A stretch of DNA of 64,000 nt from Candidatus Woesebacteria bacterium GW2011_GWA1_39_21 (GTDB lineage Bacteria > Patescibacteriota > Microgenomatia > UBA8517): NCBI GenBank assembly GCA_000993685.1, contig LBWP01000001.1:9739-73738 (forward strand), written 5' to 3'. Both the position numbers and the translations under genes were made by a program. This document shows, piece by piece, positions 18,639 through 29,676 of the stretch. Within the stretch, counting starts at the first letter, position 1. Each line of letters begins with the position of its first letter. The notes beneath the pieces are model-generated. The model did no database searches. It had not been told where the DNA came from and worked only from the letters and a program-made list of their open reading frames with translations.

Positions 18639-19415
18639 ATGGATAAAAGAAAACGCTTCATCATAAGCTCCGCAATTTTAACCGCGACCCTTATTACTGT
18701 ACAATTGTTGGAAAATCAGACATATAAATTTATTTGCATAGCTTTACTGGGAGTACTCTTGGTCATCCTTTTTTGGTGGTCGCTTCGAGAGGGATTAAAA
18801 AGCAAAATTTCATTTTTAATTTTAGTTCTTCCTTTGTACTACTCGATCGGTTCGGCTGTCTTTTGGTTTTTGCTTCCCAAATCGCTGTGGGTAACGACTT
18901 TCGTTTCAATCTTTTATGGCGTGTCGATATATGCGCTTTTTCTTACAGCAAATGTTTACTCGGTTTCATATTTGAAAACAATTGCACTTTATCGCGCCGC
19001 TAAAGGTGTCGGCTTTTTACTTACTTTGATTGCTTTTTTCTTGACTCTAGATGGGATTATTTCTCTAAGACTGTCTTATCTAATAATTGGCCCATTGGTT
19101 TTTGTTCTGACTTTTCCGTTATATCTTCAAGGTTTTTGGACGACTACTTTGGAAAGTAATATGAATCCAAAAGCCGTCAACATGGCATTAGTAGCGTCAC
19201 TATTACAAGCGCAAGTTTCAATTGTGCTGTTTTTTTGGCCGGTTAGTGTAATTGTCGGGTCGCTTTTCTTAACAATATTTTTTTATATCGTAATGGGTTT
19301 GGGACAAAGTGAAATTGAGGGGAGACTTTTTTCACAAACCGTTAGAGAATACCTTATGGTTGGCACGGTTGTGTTTATTGTAATGTTGCTATCTACAAGC
19401 TGGAGCGGATATTAA
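18639..19415 (+). CDS. Polytopic membrane protein, hypothetical
   Basis: A 258-aa ORF with about 8 TM helices. Confidence 0.45.
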   Translation: MDKRKRFIISSAILTATLITVQLLENQTYKFICIALLGVLLVILFWWSLREGLKSKISFLILVLPLYYSIGSAVFWFLLPKSLWVTTFVSIFYGVSIYALFLTANVYSVSYLKTIALYRAAKGVGFLLTLIAFFLTLDGIISLRLSYLIIGPLVFVLTFPLYLQGFWTTTLESNMNPKAVNMALVASLLQAQVSIVLFFWPVSVIVGSLFLTIFFYIVMGLGQSEIEGRLFSQTVREYLMVGTVVFIVMLLSTSWSGY

Positions 19416-19912
19416 AAAACATTTTTTGATTTGTTACGTTTAAAATTATACTGATACACCAAGGGAGGGGAGAGAGAAGAGACAACACTATTTTATTATA
19501 GGCTATTGTTTGAGCGGTACATTTTTCACGGATAATAAAAGTTATTTTCACATTATTATAAGATATGACAATCAATCGAAAATAACCTGAAGATCTTGCT
19601 CGCTTTTTTCTGACGATCACCTTGATAGAAGCTATATGTGATATAGTTTGATATACAAGGTTGTTTCTCTAAAGACGTGACTATCAAACCTAATTGTGGA
19701 TAACTTCATATTTAATTTTGCATAGATTGAGGACTCTTGAGGTAGAGTAAAGTGACTTTGTGTAATTAAACGTGTTGATGGGCTTGTTGTTTGTATTCTA
19801 GTAAGAGGCTTTGTCGGCGGAGAGTGACAGTAGAAATCCCTTACTACTTCTAACATCGGTCGTTATTTTTAGAAAGTGGATAAGTTTGTTAAGAAGAGCA
19901 GAAGGAACCCGC

Positions 19913-19940
19913 GTATATATAGTGTCGCACAATATAACTT
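19913..19940. repeat. Partial copy of the dif-like motif (ATATAGTGTCGCACAATATAAC)
   Basis: It shares ATATAGT..TGTCGCACAAT..ATA with the site at 21071..21103. Confidence 0.5.
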
Positions 19941-20264
19941 TTACGACGTAAATACGCATACATGGGGATAGAGTGTGTTTTTCCCGTCTTTTTCGCAAAG
20001 ATTATTTATTAATCTTTTATAACTTATTATTAAATTTAATTTTCTTCTCTACTTATGGTATGTCCTTCAAATATAAAAACCAAAAATAAGCCGAACAAAA
20101 TTTTAACAACCTTCGTCTCCCCCACTTTTTTATTTGATTTCGTGATATGTGCGGAAAATGCCGTAAATACGGCATATTATGCATAATAGTAAGATGATTA
20201 ATTGGTCGTCTTTAATAAATAACAGGCCTTAAAATCGATTTGGTGAAGCCGCTTTTTTGGCTAA

Positions 20265-21065
20265 TTGTTATTATTAATATTTAATTATAAAATCCAAAAA
20301 AATATAAAAATGAAAGTCGAAAGCTCTAGTTATTCGCATAAAGAAATAGAAATTATCGATAAGCTTACAGAAGTTAATCGCGTATTAAAGAAAAATGGTG
20401 TTTCAACAGATGTTGACAGTACAGATTTGCTTTCTGAAGTTACAGCATTGCGAATCTACAACAAAATTACAAATAGTAATAAAGTGTTATCCGATCTTAA
20501 AGACAGATATATTATGGTTCTTTGGTTCAAAGAGCTTGGTTATAAAGACCCTTTGGCGATGGCTATCAAATGCTGGAATGATCCAAATGAGATGCGTAAT
20601 TATCAGCCGTCTCCAGGTTCAGCTATTTTATCAATGTTTTTAAGCAGGTCGGAGGTAGATCTGCATAGAATTACGGCCAGACCGGGAAGCGACGAAATCG
20701 TTGAATCGACATTAGACTGTTATAAACAGCAGATGCCTTGGGTTGACGCGAGATTAATACATATGCAAAAAGGTAAAAAAATCAGTTCGCAGTACAAATA
20801 CGAAACTGTTCCAAAGTATTCAAAATATCATTTTGACGACGCTCAGGAAGAAACTGAAATATTGGCAAGTATGGGCATAATTTGCATATTATTTCCACAA
20901 CCTTGGAATGAAGGCTATGTTTCAAAACAGGATAATCTGCTTACTATTAATAGAGCTCAATCCAAAGGACTTGCTAATTTGGGTGTAAACAGTTCTGATT
21001 TTAAGAGCCAGCCTAAAATGGTTCAGGCATATTTCGTTTTGGCAGACCATATTTTAGGTAGATGA
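20265..21065 (+). CDS. ORFan hypothetical protein
   Basis: A 266-aa ORF with no recognisable family, preceded by about 850 bp of AT-rich non-coding DNA. The likely start is MKVESSSY at about 20310. Confidence 0.45.
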   Translation: MLLLIFNYKIQKNIKMKVESSSYSHKEIEIIDKLTEVNRVLKKNGVSTDVDSTDLLSEVTALRIYNKITNSNKVLSDLKDRYIMVLWFKELGYKDPLAMAIKCWNDPNEMRNYQPSPGSAILSMFLSRSEVDLHRITARPGSDEIVESTLDCYKQQMPWVDARLIHMQKGKKISSQYKYETVPKYSKYHFDDAQEETEILASMGIICILFPQPWNEGYVSKQDNLLTINRAQSKGLANLGVNSSDFKSQPKMVQAYFVLADHILGR

Positions 21066-21070
21066 AAAAT

Positions 21071-21103
21071 ATAGTAATGTCGCACAATGATATTGACACA
21101 CGC
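21071..21103. promoter_or_regulatory. Candidate dif-like Xer recombination site immediately upstream of xer
   Basis: AATGTCGCACAATGATATTGACACACGCC contains a palindromic core CAAT-GAT-ATTG. It lies 30 bp upstream of the xer start codon. Confidence 0.35.
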
Positions 21104-21130
21104 CTTCTTATATTTTAATATTTAACCAGA

Positions 21131-22087
21131 TTGATGCCTGCCGCCAAAAAATCATCAGAAATAGCCAACGAAGTTGAAAAATTTCTTGAATACCTTGAGG
21201 TCGAGAAGGGTTCCTCTCCCCTAACGATAAGAAATTATAAACATTACCTTAATAGATTTATTAATTGGCTTACAGAAGAGAAAATTAGAATGACTTTGAA
21301 AGATATTAACCCGGAAATTATTAGGCAATTTCGAGTTCACCTCTCAAGACTTCCTGGATACAAGGGACAAGGAACGATGAGCCGCAAAACCCAGGGATAC
21401 CATGCAATTGCCCTACGGTCGTTTTTACGATGGTTGACAAAAAATGATTTTGAGGTGATGGCGGCCGACAAGATAGAACTTCCGAAAATTACCGAGCGGC
21501 AGGTAAAGTTTTTAAATGGTGAACAAGTTGAGCGACTTTTGAACGCGCCGACTCTTTCAAACTTGGCCGGAAAGCGCGATAAGGCAATTCTTGAGCTTTT
21601 GTATTCGACAGGTTTGCGTGTCTCAGAACTTTGCAAGTTAAATCGAGATATGATCAGTCTCGACAGGCGTGAGTTTGGGGTTGTCGGAAAAGGCGGCCGT
21701 GGAAGAGTTGTGTTTTTATCAAGGCGTGCGGCTGATTGGATAGAACAGTATTTACAAGCGCGTCCTGATGATTATGCGCCACTTTTTATCAGACACCAGG
21801 GTGAACCAGATCCGACAACCCCCGATGAAAAAATGCGGCTTTCTGTCCGTTCAATTCAGCGGATGATTAAAAAATATGTCCGTAAGGTTCACTTGCCGGT
21901 TGATGCGACACCGCATGTTATGAGGCATAGTTTTGCGACAGATCTGCTTATGGCCGGTGCTGACATTAGATCGGTTCAGGAGATGTTAGGGCATAAAAAC
22001 ATCCAAACGACGCAAATTTATACTCATGTAACCCACAAGCACCTCAAAGATGTTTACGAAGCGTTTCACGGAAAGGGCGGAAATTAA
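21131..22087 (+). CDS. xerC: Tyrosine recombinase XerC/XerD family
   Basis: An N-terminal SAM-like domain precedes the C-terminal catalytic box RHSFATDLLMAGADIRSVQEMLGHKNIQTTQIYTHV. Confidence 0.85.
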   Translation: MMPAAKKSSEIANEVEKFLEYLEVEKGSSPLTIRNYKHYLNRFINWLTEEKIRMTLKDINPEIIRQFRVHLSRLPGYKGQGTMSRKTQGYHAIALRSFLRWLTKNDFEVMAADKIELPKITERQVKFLNGEQVERLLNAPTLSNLAGKRDKAILELLYSTGLRVSELCKLNRDMISLDRREFGVVGKGGRGRVVFLSRRAADWIEQYLQARPDDYAPLFIRHQGEPDPTTPDEKMRLSVRSIQRMIKKYVRKVHLPVDATPHVMRHSFATDLLMAGADIRSVQEMLGHKNIQTTQIYTHVTHKHLKDVYEAFHGKGGN

Positions 22088-22147
22088 CGTTTGACCCACA
22101 AATATAACAAATAAAATTGACGGCTTTTTGGTAAACCGCCACGGGAT

Positions 22148-24805
22148 TTAATCTGACAGTTTGTTTTTCTCTTTTTCTGGTACTTTTGAGGTCCTGCTTT
22201 CTTCTTCTTGCTCGCCATCTTTGGCCAGTGTGGCGATTGCTGCAACACCGTCAGATTTATCAGAGAAGCGCATCAAAATTACACCCTGCGTTGAACGGCC
22301 CATTTGTGGAATATTTTTAATTGGAAGTTTTATCACCTGTCCAAATTTCGAGGTAATTATAATTTGTTCGATTTTTTCGTTGACGATAACTTCGCCTGTC
22401 AGGTCTCCAGTTTTTGTGTTAACAACAGCCGCTTTGACACCCTTCCCTGCTCTTTTTTGAATGGGAAAAAGATGAAGTGGTGTTCTTTTACCTAGCCCGT
22501 TTTCCGAAACGGTTAAAAGATCTCTAAAAGATTTTTTGCGTTTGTCGTTATGCTCGGCGTGTTTTTCTGGAAAGATTTCCATTCCGATGACACGATCGTT
22601 TTGATCAAGTCTTATTCCACGCATTCCCGATGTCGCTCTTCCCATTGCCCGCGTGTTACTTTCCGGAAAACGAATTGATTTCCCCTTTTTAGTAATTAAT
22701 AGAATGTGGTCGTCGCCAGTTGTTTCTTTGACAGTAACAACTGAGTCATCGGAATCGAGTCGAATAGCGATAATTCCGGATGCTCTAATATTTTTAAATT
22801 CAGCTACTTCCGTCTTTTTAACAATACCCTTTGCAGAAGCAATAACCAGATTTTTCCCAACCTCACTAGTTGGTAAAAACGACATAACCTCTTCACCCTG
22901 TTCGATGTTCAGGATATTTACAATTGCCTGTCCTTTTGCCTGCCTACTCGCCTCCTGGACATCCCACACTTTGGTACCGTAGACCTTCCCTTTATTGGTG
23001 AAGAACAAGAGCGTATCGTGCGTCGAAGCGGAAACTAAATGTGAAATCTCGTCTTCTTCTTTTGTTGTCATTCCAACAACACCCTTACCGCCCCTGCGCT
23101 GTGCTTTGTAGGTGCTTCTTGGAACTCTTTTGATGTAACCAGTCTTGGTAATTGTAACCAGAGTTTCCTCTTTAGGAATCAGGTCTTCTTCTGAAAATTC
23201 GCCGATTTTTTGTTTGTAAATTTTTGTCATTCTTTTATCACCGAATTTTTCCCTTAGAGTTGTAAGCTCATCGGTAATAATGTCAAGGATCTTTTGTGGG
23301 TTTTTCAGAATTGCGATAAGTCTATCGATCAGTTTTTTAATTTCCTCGTATTCCTTTTCGATCTTCTCCCGTTCGAGTGCGGCCAGACGTCGCAGTTGCA
23401 TATCGAGAATTGCCGTTGCCTGAATTTCTGAAAGTTTAAAACGGGTGACGAGATTGTTTTTCGCATCTTCCTGGGTTTTGCTGCCTCTGATGGTTGCGAT
23501 GACCTCATCAAGATTGTCGAGAGCGATTTTTAATCCTTCTAAAATATGAGCTCTTCTTTTTGCTTCCGTCAGCTCAAAAATTGTTCGCCTTGTAATGACT
23601 TTTTGACGGTGTTTAATATACTCAACTAATATTTGTTTGAGATTTAAGGTGTGCGGGACTCCGTCAACAAGCGCAACGAAATTTGCCGGAAAAGACGACT
23701 GCAACTTTGTGTATTTATATAAATTATTGAGCACCGATTTGGGTTTTGCGTCGCGTTTGAGATCGACGACAACGCGCATTCCGTCCTTGTCTGATTCATC
23801 GCGCAAATCGGAGATTCCGACCAACTTTTTCTCTTTAACAAGGTCGGCAATCTTTCTTACCAGTTCTGATTTATTGGCCTGGTATGGGATTTGGCTAATT
23901 AAAATATGCGTTTTTCCGTCTTTGGCCTCCGTTATCTCGGCTACACCACGGACAACGATTCTTCCTCTTCCGGTTGAATAGACTTCTTTTAAGGACTCCC
24001 CGTCATAGATTGTTGCACCGGTTGGAAAGTCTGGCCCGGGGATAAATTTGATTAATTCTTCGATCGTGATATCACTATCGAAACTGATATTTGAAGGTGT
24101 AACATCATCGTTTGATAATTTCTTTTCCTCTCCGGCTGCGACAAGATTAATTTTTTTGATGACAAAATCCGTCTTTTCTTCGACACTGTTTGTGTCGCTA
24201 ACGACATGTCCTTTTTTAATGGTTTCAACAATCCCGTTGACAATTTCACTCAAGTTATGCGGAGGGATTTTTGTCGCCATTCCAACAGCAATTCCTTCTG
24301 ATCCCATTAGTAGTAAGTTAGGAAGAAGTGACGGTAGGAAGACGGGTTCCTTTAAGGTTGTATCAAAATTGTCGATTAACTCGACCGTATCTTTTTCGAT
24401 GTCTTTAAGCATCCATTCGGAGATTTGGGCGAGCTTAACTTCCGTGTAGCGCATTGCTGCGGCGGGATCTCCATCCACAGAGCCAAAGTTTCCTTGTCCT
24501 TTGATTAATGGGTAGCGGAGTGAAAATGTCTGCGCCATACGAACAAGTGCGTCGTAAACCGCAACGTCGCCGTGGGGGTGGTATTTACCCAAAACCTCAC
24601 CGACAACTTTGGCGCTTTTTGTAAAAGCTGAAGAGTGTGTTAAACCCATTTGCTGCATGGCGTATAAAATCCGTCGGTGGACTGGTTTTAATCCGTCGCG
24701 AACATCTGGAAGCGCTCTTTCGACGATTACGCTCATTGCATAATCAACGTATGATTTCGCCAGTTCGTCGGTGATTTCTACAGGTCTAATTTTTCCTATA
24801 TCCAT
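22148..24805 (-). CDS. gyrA: DNA gyrase subunit A
   Basis: It carries the active-site AAMRYTE, the GyrA box QRRGGKG and C-terminal beta-pinwheel repeats. Confidence 0.95.
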   Translation of the reverse strand: MDIGKIRPVEITDELAKSYVDYAMSVIVERALPDVRDGLKPVHRRILYAMQQMGLTHSSAFTKSAKVVGEVLGKYHPHGDVAVYDALVRMAQTFSLRYPLIKGQGNFGSVDGDPAAAMRYTEVKLAQISEWMLKDIEKDTVELIDNFDTTLKEPVFLPSLLPNLLLMGSEGIAVGMATKIPPHNLSEIVNGIVETIKKGHVVSDTNSVEEKTDFVIKKINLVAAGEEKKLSNDDVTPSNISFDSDITIEELIKFIPGPDFPTGATIYDGESLKEVYSTGRGRIVVRGVAEITEAKDGKTHILISQIPYQANKSELVRKIADLVKEKKLVGISDLRDESDKDGMRVVVDLKRDAKPKSVLNNLYKYTKLQSSFPANFVALVDGVPHTLNLKQILVEYIKHRQKVITRRTIFELTEAKRRAHILEGLKIALDNLDEVIATIRGSKTQEDAKNNLVTRFKLSEIQATAILDMQLRRLAALEREKIEKEYEEIKKLIDRLIAILKNPQKILDIITDELTTLREKFGDKRMTKIYKQKIGEFSEEDLIPKEETLVTITKTGYIKRVPRSTYKAQRRGGKGVVGMTTKEEDEISHLVSASTHDTLLFFTNKGKVYGTKVWDVQEASRQAKGQAIVNILNIEQGEEVMSFLPTSEVGKNLVIASAKGIVKKTEVAEFKNIRASGIIAIRLDSDDSVVTVKETTGDDHILLITKKGKSIRFPESNTRAMGRATSGMRGIRLDQNDRVIGMEIFPEKHAEHNDKRKKSFRDLLTVSENGLGKRTPLHLFPIQKRAGKGVKAAVVNTKTGDLTGEVIVNEKIEQIIITSKFGQVIKLPIKNIPQMGRSTQGVILMRFSDKSDGVAAIATLAKDGEQEEESRTSKVPEKEKNKLSD

Positions 24806-24911
24806 AAAATGAGTTTATATTCTCTTAACAAGAATTGCCTGCAACTATTAAATGCTTTGTCTGATTGTGTGGCACTTCACCACGACAATGATTGTACACA
24901 AGCTATTAATT

Positions 24912-25802
24912 TTAGCCAAGTTTAGCTTCAGTTACAAGTTGACTTTTCGTTTTTTTGTTGAAAATTACAATGCCTGATGTTAATGAAATTAAGCCAAAGA
25001 CGGTAAAAATATAGACGAGTGGTGTTGCGTACAATTGTACGAGCGTTCCTGCAAGGATTTCTGTCCAGCCGGTTTTAATAAATGCCGTTCCTTCGGTGAA
25101 GACGTTGTTGGCAGTAAATAGTATCCAGGCAATTAATAAAACTCCAATACCGATAAAGAATAACAATTTTCCCAGTACTTGGCTTCTGCCACCCTTTTTA
25201 TAAAGGACAACATAAATCACAATTAACAAAGTTTGCGAAACAATTGATGCGATTAGAGAAATAGTCAGATACGTATGGGTTTTGGCGAGTTTTTGAATAA
25301 CCGACAAATTTTGCGTTGTATCTGAGCCTCTTTGCTTAAGTATGTCTTTGGCGCTAACTTGACCGTTTTTGAGGTAGTCAGGAATTTGTGAAAGGGTTTG
25401 CTCCGATAACCCCCAATCTTTTATTGGTAGATAAAAGATTAACTCATTTTTATTACTACCAAGATAACTCAAGATACTGCCAATATTTTGCTGAAGAAAG
25501 TTTTTGACATTCGCCTCATTAATAAAGGAAGTGTAATTTTCGATTTGGCTATCGATTTGTTGTCTTTCGCCGACCGTTAATTTACTATAATCTTCAGATT
25601 GATTTACTTGATTAATTAAAGTCTCCCTTGCTGCTTCCTTTACCGCCTTTGTAAGGTTTTTATACGTATCGTTGCGTTGCAGGGAATAGACATAAAAAAC
25701 TTCGTTTAGGACGATAAATTTCACAAAAAAGATAAGCAATGTCGTTAGCGATAAAAGAAAAACCATAATGAAAGATATTATTTTTAATAGCGAAGAGATC
25801 AT
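24912..25802 (-). CDS. Membrane protein, hypothetical
   Basis: An N-terminal TM helix and a soluble domain are followed by C-terminal TM helices. Confidence 0.45.
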   Translation of the reverse strand: MISSLLKIISFIMVFLLSLTTLLIFFVKFIVLNEVFYVYSLQRNDTYKNLTKAVKEAARETLINQVNQSEDYSKLTVGERQQIDSQIENYTSFINEANVKNFLQQNIGSILSYLGSNKNELIFYLPIKDWGLSEQTLSQIPDYLKNGQVSAKDILKQRGSDTTQNLSVIQKLAKTHTYLTISLIASIVSQTLLIVIYVVLYKKGGRSQVLGKLLFFIGIGVLLIAWILFTANNVFTEGTAFIKTGWTEILAGTLVQLYATPLVYIFTVFGLISLTSGIVIFNKKTKSQLVTEAKLG

Positions 25803-25810
25803 ATTATTAG

Positions 25811-26470
25811 TTAATGGGTTTGTTCCCCGTGTGGAATTTTCAGCCCGATATATCGAATGAAAGTAGCATTTTCTGTTTCGTGTGTTTGCTCTGACGCATC
25901 GAGAACTACAGGTTTAAACAAACCATCGGTTTCCTTTTGCACTTCTTCAATTGTAAAAAACCTTTCGACGATTCCCTGTGGTGTTTGGTAGAAATTTTCA
26001 TCGAGTTTAAGGGAATTCAAAATCTCGGGATCTTCTTTTGATTTTAAAAGAGTCGCAAAGCTACCCCCGTCTTTGAGTACCCGATGTATTTCTCGAAAAA
26101 GTTGGTCAGTAATTTCATGGCTGAAGTAATGTAAAACTGCATGGGCGTAGCAAATATCAAACTGTTCGTTGGCGAAAGGGAGAGGTTTTTTAAGATCGAC
26201 GTTTTGGTAATCAATGTTCATCAGTTTTTGCATCGTCGATTCCCATTTGGAAATTTCCAAGGCTTTGTCGGCGAAATCGGTACTAACAACGAAGTATCCA
26301 TGTTGGGCGAAGTAGCGTGTATCTTTGCCAATCCCGGCGCCAAGTTCCAACACTCTTCCTTCTTTTGGATAATAGCTAATGGCAAACTGGGCAAAGATTG
26401 AAGGTGTATCTTCCCATCCATCGTCATCTATTTTCTGCCACCATTTTTCCCAGAATTCTTTTGTGTCCAT
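25811..26470 (-). CDS. Class I SAM-dependent methyltransferase
   Basis: Motif I is VLELGAGIGKD and there is an acidic residue after beta-2 (VVSTDFA). Confidence 0.75.
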   Translation of the reverse strand: MDTKEFWEKWWQKIDDDGWEDTPSIFAQFAISYYPKEGRVLELGAGIGKDTRYFAQHGYFVVSTDFADKALEISKWESTMQKLMNIDYQNVDLKKPLPFANEQFDICYAHAVLHYFSHEITDQLFREIHRVLKDGGSFATLLKSKEDPEILNSLKLDENFYQTPQGIVERFFTIEEVQKETDGLFKPVVLDASEQTHETENATFIRYIGLKIPHGEQTH

Positions 26471-26578
26471 TATTTTATATAATATGTATAATTGATTTTA
26501 CTAATTTTAGATACAACATCAATAGCGAATGTGTATTTTTCATCCTCCATACTTTACAAGTTATTTACAATTACAATT

Positions 26579-27304
26579 TTAACCCGATTCGAATTTCATA
26601 TGTCTGAATGTTGGATCAACAGAAGTCGGCACTTTTTTTCCGGTAATCGCAAACATCCGAATATCTTTATCTGAACCATCAATTCGGATGTCTTCCAACC
26701 ACTTCCCTTCGGATATGAGTTTATCTCTTGTTTTATTTAATAGAGCTATAACTTCAACACACTCTTTTTCTGAAGGAATGATACCGTCGGTATATAACGA
26801 TGAGTAAAAGTTTGTGGTTGAAAAATATGATGGAATTACAGGACATCCATTATTTCTAAGAAGTTCGTTGTGTATTAAACGCTCTGGTCCTGTGATATCA
26901 ATAAATTTCATATAAACTCCAGCTAGTAAGATGTCTTTGTGTTTAAAATACACTGCAGTGGAAAAATTAGCGTTATCCAATAATCGCAGCGGCTTTTTAA
27001 TACCCATAGAGTATTCAAGTAGTGTTTTCAGACCCTGTTGGTCGTCAATGAGTTTTGATTTTTCAGGTAAACAAATTTCAAAAGGATACCTCTTTTCAGT
27101 AAGGGTGTCTTTTACGAAAAGATTAGGTATTGATAAGATAGAATTTCCAAATTCATCTTTTAGCCACTCGTCGCTGATTAAAGCCTTGTTAATCCCGCCA
27201 GTCTGTAGTTCGCGTTTAATGTCAATTTTTCCAATCTGATCATAAAAAATCCAATCTCTCCAACTATTTGAAAATTGCTCGACTCGTTTTCTTTCTCTAA
27301 ACAT
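26579..27304 (-). CDS. hypothetical protein
   Basis: A 241-aa ORF with no recognised family, co-directional with hppA and the methyltransferase. Confidence 0.4.
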   Translation of the reverse strand: MFRERKRVEQFSNSWRDWIFYDQIGKIDIKRELQTGGINKALISDEWLKDEFGNSILSIPNLFVKDTLTEKRYPFEICLPEKSKLIDDQQGLKTLLEYSMGIKKPLRLLDNANFSTAVYFKHKDILLAGVYMKFIDITGPERLIHNELLRNNGCPVIPSYFSTTNFYSSLYTDGIIPSEKECVEVIALLNKTRDKLISEGKWLEDIRIDGSDKDIRMFAITGKKVPTSVDPTFRHMKFESG

Positions 27305-27444
27305 ACGGATTAAGTATTTTAACTATAAAAAGGGTAAAATTCTACTTTAATAGAGAATGTTTTTAAATATGTCTTGAAGAGTTCCTGCAAATATTGCGAA
27401 TCAATTAACCTTTAAAAAAAGCGGTTCAAAATTAAATTAAGATA

Positions 27445-29583
27445 TTACATTACAGATTTTTGTGATCTTGCCAGAGCGTAAAGAAGTACTCCGAAAGAGA
27501 GGATGATAAGTGTCCAATGGGTGGTTGTTAGTGTTTTTGTTGCAACAACCATGGGTGCAATAAGAAGAGCTACCAAATTCATAACTTTAATTAGCGGATT
27601 AACGGCCGGTCCGGCGGTGTCTTTGAGTGGATCACCGACTGTATCTCCGACAACGGTTGCTTTGTGCGCGTCCGAACCTTTACCTCCGAAAACTCCTTCT
27701 TCAATCATCTTTTTCGCATTATCCCATGCGCCGCCAGTGTTGGTCATAAAAACCGCTAAAAGTTGTCCTGTAAGAATTGTACCTGCCAAATAACCACCAA
27801 GAGCTTCAGCCTTAAGTAGAAATCCGACCAAAACTGGGACAATGATTGCAACAAGCGCAGGTGTCGCAAGAGCATCTAAGGCTGCTTTCGTTGTCAGATC
27901 AACAACCCTAGCATAATCTGGTTTTTGTGTCCCCTTCATAATTCCTGGCATCTCTTTGAACTGTCTTCTAACCTCGTTAATAACTGCAAAGCATGAATTT
28001 GAAACAGCTCTGATTGTCAGTGAGGAGAACAAAAATGGAATTGCGCCACCAATTAGGAATCCGACAAAGACAACGGGTAGCGAAATATTAATTCCCGTTA
28101 AATGAGTGTCTGTAAGGTATGATTCAAAAAGCGATACTGCGGCAACGACGGCAGAAGCAATCGCAAAACCTTTTGTCGTTGCTTTTGTTGTGTTTCCGAT
28201 CGAATCAAGTTTTGCCAAAATTCCTAATGCTTTTCCTTTGAGCCCCGCCAACTCAGAAAGGCCTTGAGCGTTATCCGCAATTGGTCCGTATGAATCCATT
28301 GAAACAATCAAACCTGTTGTCGTAAGCATTCCCATACCGGCTAAGGCCACACCGTAAGCGGCTGTTAATGGGTCGTTGAATAGAAGGTATGACAAAAGAA
28401 TCGTCAGTGCGATTGCAAGGATTTGCCATACTGTTGACGAGAATCCTGACACCAGCCCTGAAAGAATAACGGTTGCCGGACCCGTTTGTGACTGTTTGAC
28501 AATATCTTTTACGGGTGCGTGATTGCCCGTCGCGTGATCGGTCAAAAGGAAAATGACTACGGAAAGAATGATTCCGATTGTTGTTGCGATTGCGAGTTTC
28601 GGTTCATGGACCAAATAGTTTGAAAGAAAGAAGAAGCCAACTATTGAAATGACTGTAGAAATTCCGAAGGCTTTTAGAATAGCCATCATTCCTTCACCGA
28701 TTTGTGATTTGCCTTTTGCGTTGACGCTGTAAATTCCAATCACAGAAGTTACGACACCGAGAGCCCTAACGGCAAGTGGAAAGAGTACTCCGGGAAGTCC
28801 GAAGGTTGCCCCACCTAATATCATTGCGGCAACAAGTGTGACTTCGTAACTCTCAAAAAGATCTGCTGCCATTCCTGCACAATCTCCGACATTGTCACCG
28901 ACTAGGTCAGCAATAACAGCGGCGTTTCTGGGGTCGTCTTCAGGAATCCCTTTTTCAACTTTTCCAACTAGATCGGCACCAACGTCTGCAGCTTTTGTAT
29001 AAATTCCTCCTCCGACCCTCATAAAGAGTGCAATCAGTGATCCTCCGAAGCCAAATCCGATAAGGATTTCTGTTGCTAATTCTCGATAATGCCAGTAAAT
29101 AATTGTTGCACCCAAAAGTCCGAGCCCGACGGTTAACATACCTGTTGTCGCGCCAGCTTTAAAAGCCAAAGCCAAAGCTTCGCCAAAACCCTTTTTTGCT
29201 TCATTTGTAACCCTAACATTTGCTCTTGTTGCAATATTCATTCCTACTGTCCCAACGAGAGCTGAAAAGAATGCGCCCAGTAAAAATGCAACAGACCTTC
29301 CTATCGCCAACTCTGGGGTTTTACCTGTGAAATACAAAAAGAAGGAAAGAAGTAAAATGATTGGGACGATTGTTTTGAACTGTCGTTTAAGATATGCATT
29401 TGCTCCATTTTGAATTGCCAAGCCAACTTCTTGAACCTCTTTATCTCCTGTTGAGAATGACAAGACGTGTCTTGCAAGAAAGAAGGCTACACCGATGCCT
29501 GCGACAGATGTTAGAAGAACAACAGTCAAAAGCATGTTGATTTGTTGTATATCCATGTTTCTGATATAAAAAGACTCTTTCAA
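27445..29583 (-). CDS. hppA: Membrane-bound proton/sodium-translocating pyrophosphatase
   Basis: It has the GGG.[16 protein letters not shown] and [21 protein letters not shown] motifs within a 16-TM architecture. Confidence 0.95.
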   Translation of the reverse strand: [712 protein letters not shown]

Positions 29584-29676
29584 ATAGAGTCTAGGTGTAT
29601 TTTATTAGAGCTTTGTTAAATTATCAATATCTAATTGAATTCTTGTTAAAACAACCGGCTAAAATGTAAACAGATA

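Noticed and set aside
22161-22982. Antisense ORFs inside gyrA (22161..22460, 22304..22495, 22653..22982), inside gyrB (31015..31343, 32154..32442) and inside hppA (27503..27793)
   Set aside because: They are low-complexity shadow ORFs on the opposite strand of strongly supported genes.
26579-27304. The 241-aa unknown protein as the Thg1-like enzyme that would add G-1 to tRNA-His
   Set aside because: It lacks the Thg1 N-terminal RxDG..FH and GESDE catalytic motifs. The size match alone is not evidence.
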